Positions 1 through 10,003 of a stretch of DNA of 64,000 nucleotides are shown here, in pieces. Every line of letters begins with the position of its first letter. Position 1 is the first letter of the stretch. The translations under genes were made by a program, and so were the position numbers. The notes beneath the pieces were generated by a model that made no database searches, was not told where the DNA came from, and saw only the letters and a list, made by a program, of their open reading frames with translations. The DNA is from Chloroflexota bacterium. Its GTDB lineage: Bacteria > Chloroflexota > UBA5177. The stretch covers positions 33,698 through 97,697 of the forward strand of contig DATGJB010000055.1 of assembly GCA_035295425.1 (NCBI GenBank), given 5' to 3'.

Positions 1-4
1 GATC

Positions 5-862
5 GTGGGATTGGCCGGTGAATCGGGTTGCGGCAAGAGCACCGCTGCCCACGCCATACTCGGCATCCTCAAGCCGCCGGCACGGATCACCGGCGGCCGC
101 ATTCTCTTCCAGGGGCGGGACCTGGTCGGCATGGATCCGGCCGAGCTCCGCGCCTTCCGCTGGCGGCATGTGTCACTCGTGTTCCAGAGCGCGATGAACG
201 CGCTGAATCCGGTCCTCTCGGTCGGCGACCAGTTTGTGGACATGATGCGAGCGCACGAGCCGCTGAGCAAGCGCGAGGCGCGGGAGCGGGCCGGCGAGCT
301 CTTGCAGCTGGTAGGCATCGAGCGCTCGCGCCTCAAGAGCTTCCCGCACGAGCTTTCCGGCGGGATGCGGCAGCGCGTGGTGATCGCCATGGCGCTGGCG
401 CTGCGCCCGGAGCTGATCATTATGGACGAGCCCACGACCGCACTGGACGTCGTGGTGCAGCGAGAGATCCTGCAGGAGATCGAGAGGCTGCAGCAAGAGC
501 TCGGTTTCGCCGTGCTGTTCATCACCCACGATCTCTCACTGCTGGTCGAGTTCAGCCGCCGGATCGGGATCATGTACGCGGCGCGCCTGGTCGAGATGGC
601 GCCGGCCGCGGCGCTCTTTGCCCGGCCGGAGCACCCCTACACCCTGGGCCTGATGCGCTCGTTCCCCGACGTGACGGGAGAGCGTGTGGTGATCAGCGGG
701 ATTCCGGGATCGCCGCCCGATCTCGGCAGCCCGCCCCGGGGCTGCCGCTTCCATCCGCGCTGCACCCGAGTCATGGAGCGGTGCGGGGTGGTCGAGCCAC
801 GCCTGCTGGCAACCGCGGTGGATCGCTGCGTTGCCTGTCATCTCTACGGGGAGAGCGCCTGA
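5..862 (+). CDS. Peptide/nickel-type ABC transporter ATP-binding protein (DppD/OppD-like), 5' end cut by the window
   Basis: Walker A GESGCGKST, ABC signature LSGGMRQR, Walker B IIMDEP, C-terminal oligopeptide-ABC extension with CRFHPRC motif; stop overlaps next start (ATGA). Confidence 0.85.
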   Translation: MGLAGESGCGKSTAAHAILGILKPPARITGGRILFQGRDLVGMDPAELRAFRWRHVSLVFQSAMNALNPVLSVGDQFVDMMRAHEPLSKREARERAGELLQLVGIERSRLKSFPHELSGGMRQRVVIAMALALRPELIIMDEPTTALDVVVQREILQEIERLQQELGFAVLFITHDLSLLVEFSRRIGIMYAARLVEMAPAAALFARPEHPYTLGLMRSFPDVTGERVVISGIPGSPPDLGSPPRGCRFHPRCTRVMERCGVVEPRLLATAVDRCVACHLYGESA

Positions 863-1905
863 TGGTCGCGATTCCCACGTCTCTGCGGAACGAGGCGCCC
901 GTGATCCTGGAGGCCGAGCACGTCAGCCGGCACTTCTCGGCCGGTGGCTCGTTCCTCCCCTGGACACACCGGGGCGTGGTGCACGCGGTGGATGATGTGA
1001 CTCTGCAGCTCCGCCCCGGGAGGATTACCGCCCTGGTGGGCGAAAGCGGAAGCGGCAAGAGCACGGTGGCGCGCGTTCTGGCACGCCTCTACCCGCCGAC
1101 AACGGGGCGCATTCTCTTTCAGGGAGAGAACGTACTGACCTGGCGGGGACGCCGGGCCCGAGCCTACCGCCGCCAGGTGCAGATGATCTTCCAGGATCCC
1201 TTCAGCTCGCTCAACCCGGTCAAACGTGTCGAGTACGTGCTGAGCCGGCCGCTCCTTGTCCACCACATCGTCCCGGCCCACCGGGTACGCGAGCGCGTAC
1301 ACGAGCTGCTGACCACGGTGGGCCTGGTACCGGCCGCGGAGTTCGCGGCCAAGTATCCGCACCAGCTCTCCGGCGGCCAGCGGCAGCGGGTGGCAATCGC
1401 CCGGGCGCTGGCGGTCGAGCCCGCCGTGCTCCTTGCCGACGAACCGATCTCCATGCTCGACGTCTCGATTCGCATGGGTATCCTCAACCTGATGCTGGAT
1501 CTGAAGCAGCGGATGAATCTCGCCTTCCTCTACATCACGCATGACGTGGCCAGCGCTCGCTACGTGGCCGACGAGATCATCGTCATGTACGCCGGACACG
1601 TGGTGGAGCGAGGTGAGACGCTCACCGTGCTGCGCGCGCCCCAGCACCCATATACGCGGCTCCTGCTCTCGGCAGTGCCCAACCCGGCGGCAGGACTCAC
1701 CCGGCAGCGACTGGAGGGCCGCGGGGAGGTACGGACGATCGTCGATCCACCGCCCGGCTGCCGCTTCGTCAGCCGCTGCCCGCTCGCCGAGGACGTCTGC
1801 GCGAGAACGACACCGGAGCTGGTGGAAAGCGGGCCCGACCGCTGGGTGCGCTGTCATCTCTATCCTCGATCGACGGGACCACAAGGGAGAGTCTCTCATG
1901 ACTGA
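862..1905 (+). CDS. Peptide/nickel-type ABC transporter ATP-binding protein (DppF/OppF-like)
   Basis: In-frame ATG at 862 inside the long ORF 28..1905; Walker A GESGSGKST, LSGGQRQR signature, C-terminal CRFVSRC motif. Confidence 0.85.
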   Translation: MVAIPTSLRNEAPVILEAEHVSRHFSAGGSFLPWTHRGVVHAVDDVTLQLRPGRITALVGESGSGKSTVARVLARLYPPTTGRILFQGENVLTWRGRRARAYRRQVQMIFQDPFSSLNPVKRVEYVLSRPLLVHHIVPAHRVRERVHELLTTVGLVPAAEFAAKYPHQLSGGQRQRVAIARALAVEPAVLLADEPISMLDVSIRMGILNLMLDLKQRMNLAFLYITHDVASARYVADEIIVMYAGHVVERGETLTVLRAPQHPYTRLLLSAVPNPAAGLTRQRLEGRGEVRTIVDPPPGCRFVSRCPLAEDVCARTTPELVESGPDRWVRCHLYPRSTGPQGRVSHD

Positions 1906-3259
1906 TGTATCGGACATGCGCTTCCCATCCGACTTTGTCTGGGGCGCCGCGACCGCTTCGTATCAGATCGAGGGCGCGGCGCAGGAGGACGGCCGGGGCG
2001 AGAGTATCTGGGACCGCTTCTGCCGCACCCCGGGAAAGGTCTGGAACGGCGCGACGGGAGATGTCGCCTGCGACCACTATCACCGCTACCGGGACGATGT
2101 GGCCCTGATGCGCGACCTGGAGATTGAAGTCTATCGATTCTCCGTCGCCTGGCCGCGGATCCTTCCTCAGGGTCGCGGCGCCGTCAACGCCGACGGCCTC
2201 GACTTCTACGATCGCCTGGTGGATGAGCTTCTCGAGAACGGGATCGAGCCGTACCCCACGCTCTACCACTGGGATCTGCCGCAGGCGCTCGAAGACGAGG
2301 GAGGCTGGACGAACCGTGACACGGTCGATGCCTTCGCCGGCTACGTGGAGACCGTGGTGCGCCGCCTCGGCGATCGGGTGACACACTGGATCACGCACAA
2401 CGAGCCGAAGGTGGTTTCCTGGACCGGCTACGGTCAGGGGCGGCACGCGCCCGGCCGCACCGGAGACACCAATGCTCTGGCCGCCGCGCACCACCTCCTC
2501 CTGTCGCACGGGCGCGCCACGCGTGCTATTCGGAGCGTCCGCCCCGATGCTCAGGTGGGGATTACGGTTGATATCGTACCGGTGTACCCGGCCAGCGAGT
2601 CGGACGGCGATCAAGAGGCAGCGCGGATTCGCGACGGACGGGACAATCGCTGGTTCCTCGAGCCGGTACTGTGCGGTAGCTATCCGGCTGACATGGTGGC
2701 GCTGCTCGAGCCCTTCCTGCCCGCGATCGTGGATGGCGACATGGAGACAATCGCCGCGCCCATCGATTTCCTGGGCGTCAACAACTACAGCCGGAGCATC
2801 GTGCGCGCCGGCCCGGAGGTCAGGAAGCCGGTGAGCGTTCGGCCGGAAGGGGGTCGTTTCACCAACATGGATTGGGAGGTCTACCCCGACGCCCTGTACG
2901 AGCTGCTGGTGCGTGTCCACCGTGACTATCATCCGCGGCGGCTCTACGTGACAGAGAATGGCGCGGCCTTCCCCGACGTCCGGGTGCATGACGGGAGCGT
3001 TCCCGATCCGGAGCGCCGTGACTATCTGGAGCAGCATCTCGCCTCGTGCGCCCGCGCCGTGGCGGATGGTGTCCCGCTGGCCGGCTACTTCGTCTGGTCG
3101 TTGCTGGACAACTTCGAGTGGGCCCACGGCTACAGTCAGCGCTTCGGCATCGTCTACGTGGATTACCCGACGCAGCAGCGCATTCCCAAGGAAAGCGCCT
3201 ACTGGTACCGGGACTTCATCCGCCAGCAGGCAGCGGCCTGCCGCGCGCAGACGGCCTGA
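1898..3259 (+). CDS. GH1 beta-glucosidase
   Basis: Internal ATG at 1898 preceded by AAGGGAGA RBS; GH1 motifs FVWGAATASYQIEGA, TENG (nucleophile), NEP (acid/base); overlaps upstream ABC ATPase gene. Confidence 0.9.
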   Translation: MTDVSDMRFPSDFVWGAATASYQIEGAAQEDGRGESIWDRFCRTPGKVWNGATGDVACDHYHRYRDDVALMRDLEIEVYRFSVAWPRILPQGRGAVNADGLDFYDRLVDELLENGIEPYPTLYHWDLPQALEDEGGWTNRDTVDAFAGYVETVVRRLGDRVTHWITHNEPKVVSWTGYGQGRHAPGRTGDTNALAAAHHLLLSHGRATRAIRSVRPDAQVGITVDIVPVYPASESDGDQEAARIRDGRDNRWFLEPVLCGSYPADMVALLEPFLPAIVDGDMETIAAPIDFLGVNNYSRSIVRAGPEVRKPVSVRPEGGRFTNMDWEVYPDALYELLVRVHRDYHPRRLYVTENGAAFPDVRVHDGSVPDPERRDYLEQHLASCARAVADGVPLAGYFVWSLLDNFEWAHGYSQRFGIVYVDYPTQQRIPKESAYWYRDFIRQQAAACRAQTA

Positions 3260-3304
3260 GCGTCTCCGGCTGAGGCTCCCGTGCGGCGTGGGATTCGTGG
3301 TGGA

Positions 3305-3343
3305 GGCGCGGACCGGGCCTTCGGTGGGTATCCGGTCCGCGCC
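3305..3343 (+). terminator. GC-rich stem-loop (12-bp perfect stem GGCGCGGACCGG / CCGGTCCGCGCC, 15-nt loop) 45 nt after the bgl stop
   Basis: Perfect inverted repeat read directly; no U-tract, so it is an intrinsic-terminator-like structure only. Confidence 0.3.
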
Positions 3344-3661
3344 CCGGTATCCCTGAGCCACGATCGGCCCGTGTCGGCCCGTGGCCGGGCGGACCGGGAG
3401 GGAGCCGCGGTCCCTACGAGCTGGCGAACGTGAATGATCCGGCGTCGACGAGGCGGGCAAGGTGCCTCCGAGATCGCCCGGACACAGCGGCAATGCCGTC
3501 CAGACACCGCATGGCTTGCGAGCTCCCGCCGGCCATTTTCATCTTGACCAGGGTGCCTCATTTCCTGGCACAGTGACACCGGTTACGAGCGCCTCGGCTC
3601 CGGCACCGCCAGCCGTCTCATGTGGCGGTTGCAGTAGACTCGGTATCCCAGCACATGGCGA

Positions 3662-4162
3662 TCAATCCGCGAACTGCCAGCGCGTGCCGTCCACCAGCGA
3701 CTCATCGCTCCAGGCTCGTGCCGAGCGGGGACGGAGCCGGAGAATGCCGCTGCCCGACGGATCGGGATGCAGGCGCCCGTACTTCGTATCCCAGGCCGCG
3801 ACGATACGGTCTCCAAGCTCGGCATCGGTTGTGAGATCCTCGGCCCTGCCTTCCAGAATAACGACGTTGTTTCCATCGTCGAGATGTACGGACAGAGCCG
3901 GGTTGGCCCGCAGGTTGCGTGCCCAGTGGGTGGTGGGCGGGCCGTCGAAGTAGAGTGCCTCGTCCACCCAGACGCCCCAGACCGGCGTCACATGCGGCCG
4001 CCCATCCGGACGGACCGTGGCCAGCCAGTAGTAGCGTGCGGTCTCCAGTCGCCGCCTCGCATGGGACCAGGGCAGCAGCGGCGCGGAGCCCCTGCCGAAG
4101 GCGTAGCTGGGTGGCGCCTGGGGCCGGCTCGCGAGCGGCTCCTTTCGATAGTGCTCTCTCAT
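3662..4162 (-). CDS. Pyridoxamine 5'-phosphate oxidase-family (PPOX-class, likely F420/FMN-binding) protein
   Basis: 166-aa ORF with the typical PPOX-class split-barrel signature (ARYYWLATVRPDGRPHVTPVWGVW); divergent from the next gene. Confidence 0.55.
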   Translation of the reverse strand: MREHYRKEPLASRPQAPPSYAFGRGSAPLLPWSHARRRLETARYYWLATVRPDGRPHVTPVWGVWVDEALYFDGPPTTHWARNLRANPALSVHLDDGNNVVILEGRAEDLTTDAELGDRIVAAWDTKYGRLHPDPSGSGILRLRPRSARAWSDESLVDGTRWQFAD

Positions 4163-4476
4163 CTCATCCGCAGTGTCACTCCCCCCGGACAGGCCTCTTC
4201 GCCACGTGATACCGACTGGTAGAAGCGGTCAACTTCATGGCCGTGGCTACATGTGGGGACAGTCGTGCCTCTGAGCCTGCCCGCCCTGCGTTGCTGCAAC
4301 TAACACGGACCAGTTGGTGAAGCTCATGGCCGGGCGGACGAGGACGGAGCCGATCGTCCCTACGCTCATCGGCATCGGTGCATATTCGCGAGCTCCAGAT
4401 CTCGTGTGCATCAGCTTCCAAGTCGCACATTTGCCCTATTATGATGGCGTCATTGAGCCACAGCGAAGAGGTACGA

Positions 4477-5493
4477 ATGCGCATCGGGATACTGGGGGCC
4501 GGGGACATGGGGCGGACGCACGCTCGAGTGTTCGCCGCCATTCCGGAGGTTACGATCGCCGGGATGGTGGGGCGGAGCCGGGAGCGCGTCGAGGAGGTCG
4601 CGCGCGAGGTAGGTGTCCCGGCGCTGACCGATCCCTGGGCAATACTCGACGATGAGTCGGTCGAAGCAATCGACATTACGTACCCGTCCGCGCTCCATCG
4701 CGAGTGGGCGGTGGCGGCGCTGGAGCGGGGCAAGCACGTCTTCTGCGAGACGCCGATGGCGCTCACGCTGGAGGATGTGGACGCGATGATTGCCGCCGCC
4801 CAGGCCTCGGGCAAGATCCTGATGCCGGCGCAGGTACAGCGCTTTGGGGTAGAGTACGCGTTCGTCCACGACGAGGTGGCTTCGGGCAAGCTGGGCCGTC
4901 CCCTGGCGGCGTATGCCGGGACGCGCTTACCGCCGTACGGCGCCGGCACGAAGCGTCCGCTCGAACTCTACGGCGGACCCATGCTCGATCTCATGATTCA
5001 TCCCTTTGACATGCTCAACTGGCTGCTCGGCCCGCCGGTCAGCCTTTCCGGGACGGGGCAGAGCGGTCCCAGCGGCGACATCGACTACGCCTTCGTCGCG
5101 CTCGAGTATCCTGAGGCCAGCGGTCTGGTCGAAGGCAGCGCCGTGATGCCGGCCAGCTTCCCGTTCACGCTGAATCTGCGAGTCCTCGGCGAGGAAGGCG
5201 CGATCGAGACCTCGCTCGCGCTCGGTCCGGAAGAGGCGATCAGCCTGGTGCGCTACCCGCCGAGCGGCGAGCCGGAAGCGCTCACGCTGGAAGGGACCGA
5301 TCCCTATACCGCCGAGTGCCAGTACTTCGCGCGCTGCCTGCGGGGCGACGCCGATCCCGCCGCGGTGAACCCGGGGGCCGAGCGCGAGGCGCTCCGGGTG
5401 GCGCTCGCCGCGCGGCAGGCGATTGCTGAACGCACAGTGGTCAGTGTCACCGATTTCAATAGACGTCACGTGGGGAGGGCTCGGACGGGGTGA
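4477..5493 (+). CDS. Gfo/Idh/MocA-family NAD(P)-dependent oxidoreductase
   Basis: N-terminal Rossmann motif MRIGILGAGDMG, EKP-like motif ERGKHVFCETP; start chosen at ATG 4477 preceded by a GAAGAGG RBS. Confidence 0.8.
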   Translation: MRIGILGAGDMGRTHARVFAAIPEVTIAGMVGRSRERVEEVAREVGVPALTDPWAILDDESVEAIDITYPSALHREWAVAALERGKHVFCETPMALTLEDVDAMIAAAQASGKILMPAQVQRFGVEYAFVHDEVASGKLGRPLAAYAGTRLPPYGAGTKRPLELYGGPMLDLMIHPFDMLNWLLGPPVSLSGTGQSGPSGDIDYAFVALEYPEASGLVEGSAVMPASFPFTLNLRVLGEEGAIETSLALGPEEAISLVRYPPSGEPEALTLEGTDPYTAECQYFARCLRGDADPAAVNPGAEREALRVALAARQAIAERTVVSVTDFNRRHVGRARTG

Positions 5494-5631
5494 GTCAACA
5501 CTGGCTGGAAAGCGTCGATGGCGCCATCCGGGAGAATATGCGGTGCCCCCTTGCCGATCAGGAACGCTAGGCGCTCGGCTGGTCGAGTCGCGGTCAGTCC
5601 GGACCTGCTGCCATCGGCCAGAGCTTTGCAT

Positions 5632-6219
5632 ATGACCCCTGATGAGCTGCTCGGTGCGACCGTGGCCCGGCCGGGCCATACCGTGCTGGAGTCGGGACAC
5701 CATGGCGAGCTCTGGCTCGACCTCGAGCTGCTGTGTCTACGCCCGCGAGAGCTGGAAAGAGCGGTGGCTTTGCTCGCGGAGGAACTGCGCAGCTTCGACG
5801 TGGAGGCGGTCTGCGGTCCCCTTAACGAAGGAGCATTTGTGGCGCTGATGGTCGCCTCACGGCTGGACGTCGAGTTCACCTATGCGGGACGTTTCGAGGA
5901 GAAGGGAGGTGATCGGCTCTTTCCGGTCCAGTACCGTCTGCCGCGGGCGTTGCGAAGCTGGGTAGCGGGGAAGCGCGTGGTGATTGTGAACGACGTGATC
6001 AACGCCGGCTCGGCGGTGCGGGGAGCCCATGCGACTCTGCTCGACTGTGGGGCGGTACCGATAGCGATCGCGGCGCTGGTTGTGCTAGGAGATGCCGCGA
6101 CGCACTTCGCCGCGGAGAACAACCTGCGGTTGATCAGTCTCGCTCAATGGCCCAATCGCATCTGGATACCGGCAGAGTGTCCGTTGTGTGCCGTCGGTGT
6201 GCCGCTGGATGAGGTGTAA
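5632..6219 (+). CDS. Phosphoribosyltransferase-family protein
   Basis: PRPP-binding motif VVIVNDVINAGSAV; internal ATG at 5632 chosen over the long upstream extension. Confidence 0.55.
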   Translation: MTPDELLGATVARPGHTVLESGHHGELWLDLELLCLRPRELERAVALLAEELRSFDVEAVCGPLNEGAFVALMVASRLDVEFTYAGRFEEKGGDRLFPVQYRLPRALRSWVAGKRVVIVNDVINAGSAVRGAHATLLDCGAVPIAIAALVVLGDAATHFAAENNLRLISLAQWPNRIWIPAECPLCAVGVPLDEV

Positions 6220-6327
6220 AGGAATTGCATGGTTCGACGGGATGCCGCTCGTCCTGAACAACGTGACGGCTGGTGTCTGTGCGCTGCACGACGTGATGCT
6301 ATGGCCATGCGCGAGCCAAGCGGCCCA

Positions 6328-7236
6328 CTAGATGCCGACGATCGGGTTCCGCAGCGTCCCGATGCCCATGACCTCGGTCTCCATCACATCCCCGGGCCTG
6401 AGGAATTCCGGCGGGGTGCGGGCGAAGCCGACGCCGGCCGGCGTGCCGGTGGCGATCAGTGTGCCGGGCAGCAGGGTCATGCCCAGCGAAAGCTGCGCGA
6501 TCAGCTCGTCAACCGGGAAGATCATGTCGCGGGTGCCGGCATCCTGCTTGGTCTCGCCGTTCACCCGTAACCGCACCTGCAGTGCCTGTGGATCGGGAAC
6601 TTCGTCAGCGGTGACGATCCAGGGACCAATCGGACAGTAGCCGTCGATGCTCTTGCCTTTAAAGAACTGGCCGCCCCAGTTGTGCTGGATGTCCCGGGCC
6701 GAGACATCGTTGACGACCGTGTAGCCGAAAACATAATCGAGCGCGTCCTCACGCCGAATGTTGATCCCGCGTCTGCCGATGACCACGCCGAGCTCCGCTT
6801 CCCAGTCGATTTCGGCGGAGATCGCGGGATCGACCCGTATATCGGCGAACGGGCCGGTGATCGTGGTCTGTGCCTTGGTAAAGACGGTCGGGCGTTGCAT
6901 GCTCTCACCGCGTGCCCGGGCCGACTCGGCGGCATGTTCCTCGTAGTTGCGCCCAATGCAGACCACATTGCCGCGGGGCGGGTCGAGAGGCGCCAGGATA
7001 TCGAGCTCTGCCAGAGGCCGTGAGAGCTCGTGGCTCTCGCCGTACGCGGCGAGCCGCGAGCGAATGGACGCCAGCCCTTCCTGACCGCGGTCGATGACCC
7101 CGGCGAGATCGGACGCCGGCGGGACATCCGCTCCGCTACCGTCCCTCCGCGCGAGGGCGGCGAGGTCCACCACCTCTTCCCCAACGACCACTCCGGGACG
7201 AGCGACTCCGGCTTCCCGGTACATCAGCAGGCGCAT
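6328..7236 (-). CDS. Fumarylacetoacetate hydrolase (FAH)-family protein
   Basis: FAH-fold motifs (VVCIGRNYEEHA, GTPAGVG); start at ATG 7236 with an AGGAGGAGG RBS. Confidence 0.8.
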   Translation of the reverse strand: MRLLMYREAGVARPGVVVGEEVVDLAALARRDGSGADVPPASDLAGVIDRGQEGLASIRSRLAAYGESHELSRPLAELDILAPLDPPRGNVVCIGRNYEEHAAESARARGESMQRPTVFTKAQTTITGPFADIRVDPAISAEIDWEAELGVVIGRRGINIRREDALDYVFGYTVVNDVSARDIQHNWGGQFFKGKSIDGYCPIGPWIVTADEVPDPQALQVRLRVNGETKQDAGTRDMIFPVDELIAQLSLGMTLLPGTLIATGTPAGVGFARTPPEFLRPGDVMETEVMGIGTLRNPIVGI

Positions 7237-7280
7237 CTCGGCCTCCTCCTGGCGCAGTGCTACTCTCAATGTACGCTGCC

Positions 7281-8816
7281 ATGTCGCCACTGCTGCTGGG
7301 AATCGATCTCGGTACCTCCGGGGTGAAAGCTTTGCTGCTGGACGCGGGAAAGCCGGCCGGCCCCGCCGTCTCCGCTACCGTCGAGTATGGGCTGAGCACC
7401 CCCTATGCCGGCTGGAGCGAGCAGGATCCCGAGGACTGGTGGCGTGGTGTCGGACAGGTGGTCCGGACGGTGCTCGAGCGTAGCGGCCACTCGCCCGACG
7501 AGGTGGCGGCGGTTGCGCTGTCCGGTCAGATGCACGGCGCCACCGTGCTCGATGAGGCCGGAACCGTGCTCCGCCCGGTGATCCTGTGGAACGACCAGCG
7601 TACCGCCGCCCAGTGCGCCGCTATCACAGAGCGCGTGGGTCTCGATACCCTGGTCCGCTGGGTTGCGAACCCGGCCCTGGCGGGCTTCACCGCGCCGAAG
7701 CTGCTCTGGATCCGCGACCACGAGCCGGAGGTCTTTGCCCGCATCCGCACGGTCTTGCTCCCCAAGGACTACATCAACTACCGGCTGGCCGGCGTGCGAG
7801 CCACCGAGGTGTCCGACGCTTCCGGCACGCTTCTCTTCGACGTCGCGCGGCGCCGCTGGTCGGAGGACATGGCGCGCGCCCTCGAGATTCCACAGTCGAT
7901 CTTGCCCCCGGTCCACGAGTCGGACGCGGTGGTGGGCCATCTCACGGCGGAAGCGGCGCGCCACACTGGCCTGGTGGCCGGTACCCCGGTAGTCGCGGGC
8001 GGCGCCGACAATGCCTGCGCCGCCCTGGGAGCCGGCGTGATCGAGCCCGGTCAGGTGCTGACCAGCATCGGCACCTCGGGGACGGTTGTCGCGCCGAGCC
8101 GGGAGCCACGGACCGATCCGCGGGCGCGGCTTCACCTGTTCTGTCATGCCGTGCCGGGCGTCTGGTACGCGATGGGAGTAGTTCTGTCGGCGGGAGGCAG
8201 CCTGCGCTGGTTCCGCGACACCCTGGCCGACGAGCTGGTCCAGCGGGCCGCGGCAGAGGGCCGGGACGCCTACGACCTGCTGATGGAGGAGGCGGCCACC
8301 GTTCCGGCCGGCAGTGAGGGCCTCGTCTTCCTCCCGTATCTCAGCGGCGAGCGCACGCCGCACGGGAACCCCGCGGCGCGGGGTGTCTTCTTCGGTCTGT
8401 CCCTTCGCCATACCAGGGCGCACCTGACGCGCAGTGTGGTCGAGGGCGTGACCTACGCGCTGGCCGATTCCATCGCCATCATGCGCGACCTCGGGATCGA
8501 GGTCGGAAGCGTTCGTGCCACCGGTGGTGGCGCGCGCAGTGCGCTCTGGCGGCGCCTTCAGGCCGATATCTTCAGGGCGCGAGTGCTCACCGCGGCGTCC
8601 GATCTTGGCCCGGCGCTCGGCGCGGCGCTCCTGGCCGGCGTCGGCGTTGGCGCCTTCGCCTCGGCGCCGGCGGCGGTCGAGGCCGCTGTTCGTCCGGGGC
8701 CCGAGGTCGAGCCCGACGAGGCGGCCGCCGTCTTCTACGGCCGGCAGCACGCCTTCTTCAACACGCTGTACCCGGCGTTGGCCAACCGCTTTGATGCGCT
8801 CGGCCATGAGTTGTGA
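7281..8816 (+). CDS. xylB: FGGY-family carbohydrate kinase, xylulokinase-like
   Basis: N-terminal LLGIDLGTSGVKA, FGGY C-terminal domain (GGGARS); about 510 aa. Confidence 0.75.
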   Translation: MSPLLLGIDLGTSGVKALLLDAGKPAGPAVSATVEYGLSTPYAGWSEQDPEDWWRGVGQVVRTVLERSGHSPDEVAAVALSGQMHGATVLDEAGTVLRPVILWNDQRTAAQCAAITERVGLDTLVRWVANPALAGFTAPKLLWIRDHEPEVFARIRTVLLPKDYINYRLAGVRATEVSDASGTLLFDVARRRWSEDMARALEIPQSILPPVHESDAVVGHLTAEAARHTGLVAGTPVVAGGADNACAALGAGVIEPGQVLTSIGTSGTVVAPSREPRTDPRARLHLFCHAVPGVWYAMGVVLSAGGSLRWFRDTLADELVQRAAAEGRDAYDLLMEEAATVPAGSEGLVFLPYLSGERTPHGNPAARGVFFGLSLRHTRAHLTRSVVEGVTYALADSIAIMRDLGIEVGSVRATGGGARSALWRRLQADIFRARVLTAASDLGPALGAALLAGVGVGAFASAPAAVEAAVRPGPEVEPDEAAAVFYGRQHAFFNTLYPALANRFDALGHEL

Positions 8817-8855
8817 GAGATTGACCCTCCTCGCTCACATCCGTACGCTGTCTGT

Positions 8856-9908
8856 GTGATTACCGCTGCCCGGCACTCGCCCCGCGTCAGGCTGGCGGCG
8901 CGGCTGGCGCTGCTGCTGGCCGGCCTGGGGCTCGGAACTGCCCTGATCGTCTTCCTGCTGCGCAGCGCCAATCTCAACCAGCTGGGAAGCGACTTTTCCC
9001 ACGCCGAATACGGGTATCTGGTGCCGGCTCTTGTCGCGTTTGCCGCCAACCTCCTGCTCAAGCTGCCGCGCTGGAAGCTCCTCTACGGCGACGATGCCCC
9101 CGACTGGGACACCATGTTCGGCGCCATCAACGTCGGCTATGCCGTCAACACGCTCCTGCCGGCGCGGTTGGGCGATCTGGTGCGCGCCTACTGGGTCCGC
9201 GATCGGACGAGCCTCAGCATGGTCCGCACGCTTTCCACCATCGCGCTGGAACGGGTGTTGGACGGTCTGGCCGTCTTTGTCATGTTCCTCGTGATCGCCC
9301 CCACTGTCGCCTTCCCGGCCACGCTGCGCCGTTCGGCGGTCGCCGCCGGGACGCTGTTCGTGGTCGTGCTCCTCGCCATGGTCGTGCTTGCCTTCCTCGC
9401 GACCCGCGAGAACTGGTTCTCCCGCCGGCTGGCGCGCCTCGAGACGGGGAGGTGGGGCCTGATCAGCCGCCTGGTGCGTCTGGCGACTGCGGGGCTCCAG
9501 GCGTTGCGGAGCTGGCGCGTCCTGGCGCTCGTCGCCCTCTACACCGCGATCATCTGGCTGGCGAACGCGGTGCTGCTCTGGCTCGTGGCTCGCGCCTTCC
9601 ACATCGACGTGTCGCTCGCCGCCGGCGCGCTCGGCAATGCCGCCGTCAGCCTGGGTATGGTGGTGCCCTCCACTCCTGGGTACATCGGCGTCTTCGACTA
9701 CCTCATCGTGATGACGTTAGGCCTCTACGGCGTCCATCGCACGCCGGCGCTGGCGGCGGCGTTCGTTTTCCACGCCATCGCCTTCATCCCGGTGACGATC
9801 ATCGGCATCGTCTACATCGCGCGGTCCGGCCTGCAGAGCACGCTCCGCCTGCTGCGGAAGGACGTGGAAACCGCGGCCGACCTCGGCAGTCCGGCCGGGC
9901 TGGCGTAA
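8856..9908 (+). CDS. Flippase-like / lysylphosphatidylglycerol-synthase TM-region family membrane protein
   Basis: Multi-pass membrane protein, 350 aa, with family-typical GDLVRAYW and PGYIGVFD motifs. Confidence 0.6.
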   Translation: MITAARHSPRVRLAARLALLLAGLGLGTALIVFLLRSANLNQLGSDFSHAEYGYLVPALVAFAANLLLKLPRWKLLYGDDAPDWDTMFGAINVGYAVNTLLPARLGDLVRAYWVRDRTSLSMVRTLSTIALERVLDGLAVFVMFLVIAPTVAFPATLRRSAVAAGTLFVVVLLAMVVLAFLATRENWFSRRLARLETGRWGLISRLVRLATAGLQALRSWRVLALVALYTAIIWLANAVLLWLVARAFHIDVSLAAGALGNAAVSLGMVVPSTPGYIGVFDYLIVMTLGLYGVHRTPALAAAFVFHAIAFIPVTIIGIVYIARSGLQSTLRLLRKDVETAADLGSPAGLA

Positions 9909-10003
9909 CCTCGCGCCTCCCGCGCCCTCCCGGGCCAGGGGAATGGCCCGCCGACCTCTCCTGCGGAGGACGCGCTACAGACACTCGGCTGCGCCCGGCT
10001 CGA

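Noticed and set aside
28-1905. 625-aa ORF spanning both ABC ATPase genes
   Set aside because: Its first 278 codons run in an alternate frame over the first ABC gene and are Arg/Pro/Gly-rich high-GC read-through. The real gene starts at the in-frame ATG 862.
1769-3493. 574-aa minus-strand ORF antisense to the beta-glucosidase gene
   Set aside because: Low-complexity Arg/Pro/Gly-rich translation with no domain, fully overlapping a well-supported GH1 gene. Typical antisense open frame in 70%-GC DNA.
7266-8807. 513-aa minus-strand ORF
   Set aside because: Antisense to the xylulokinase gene; Arg/Gly/Pro-rich with no motifs.
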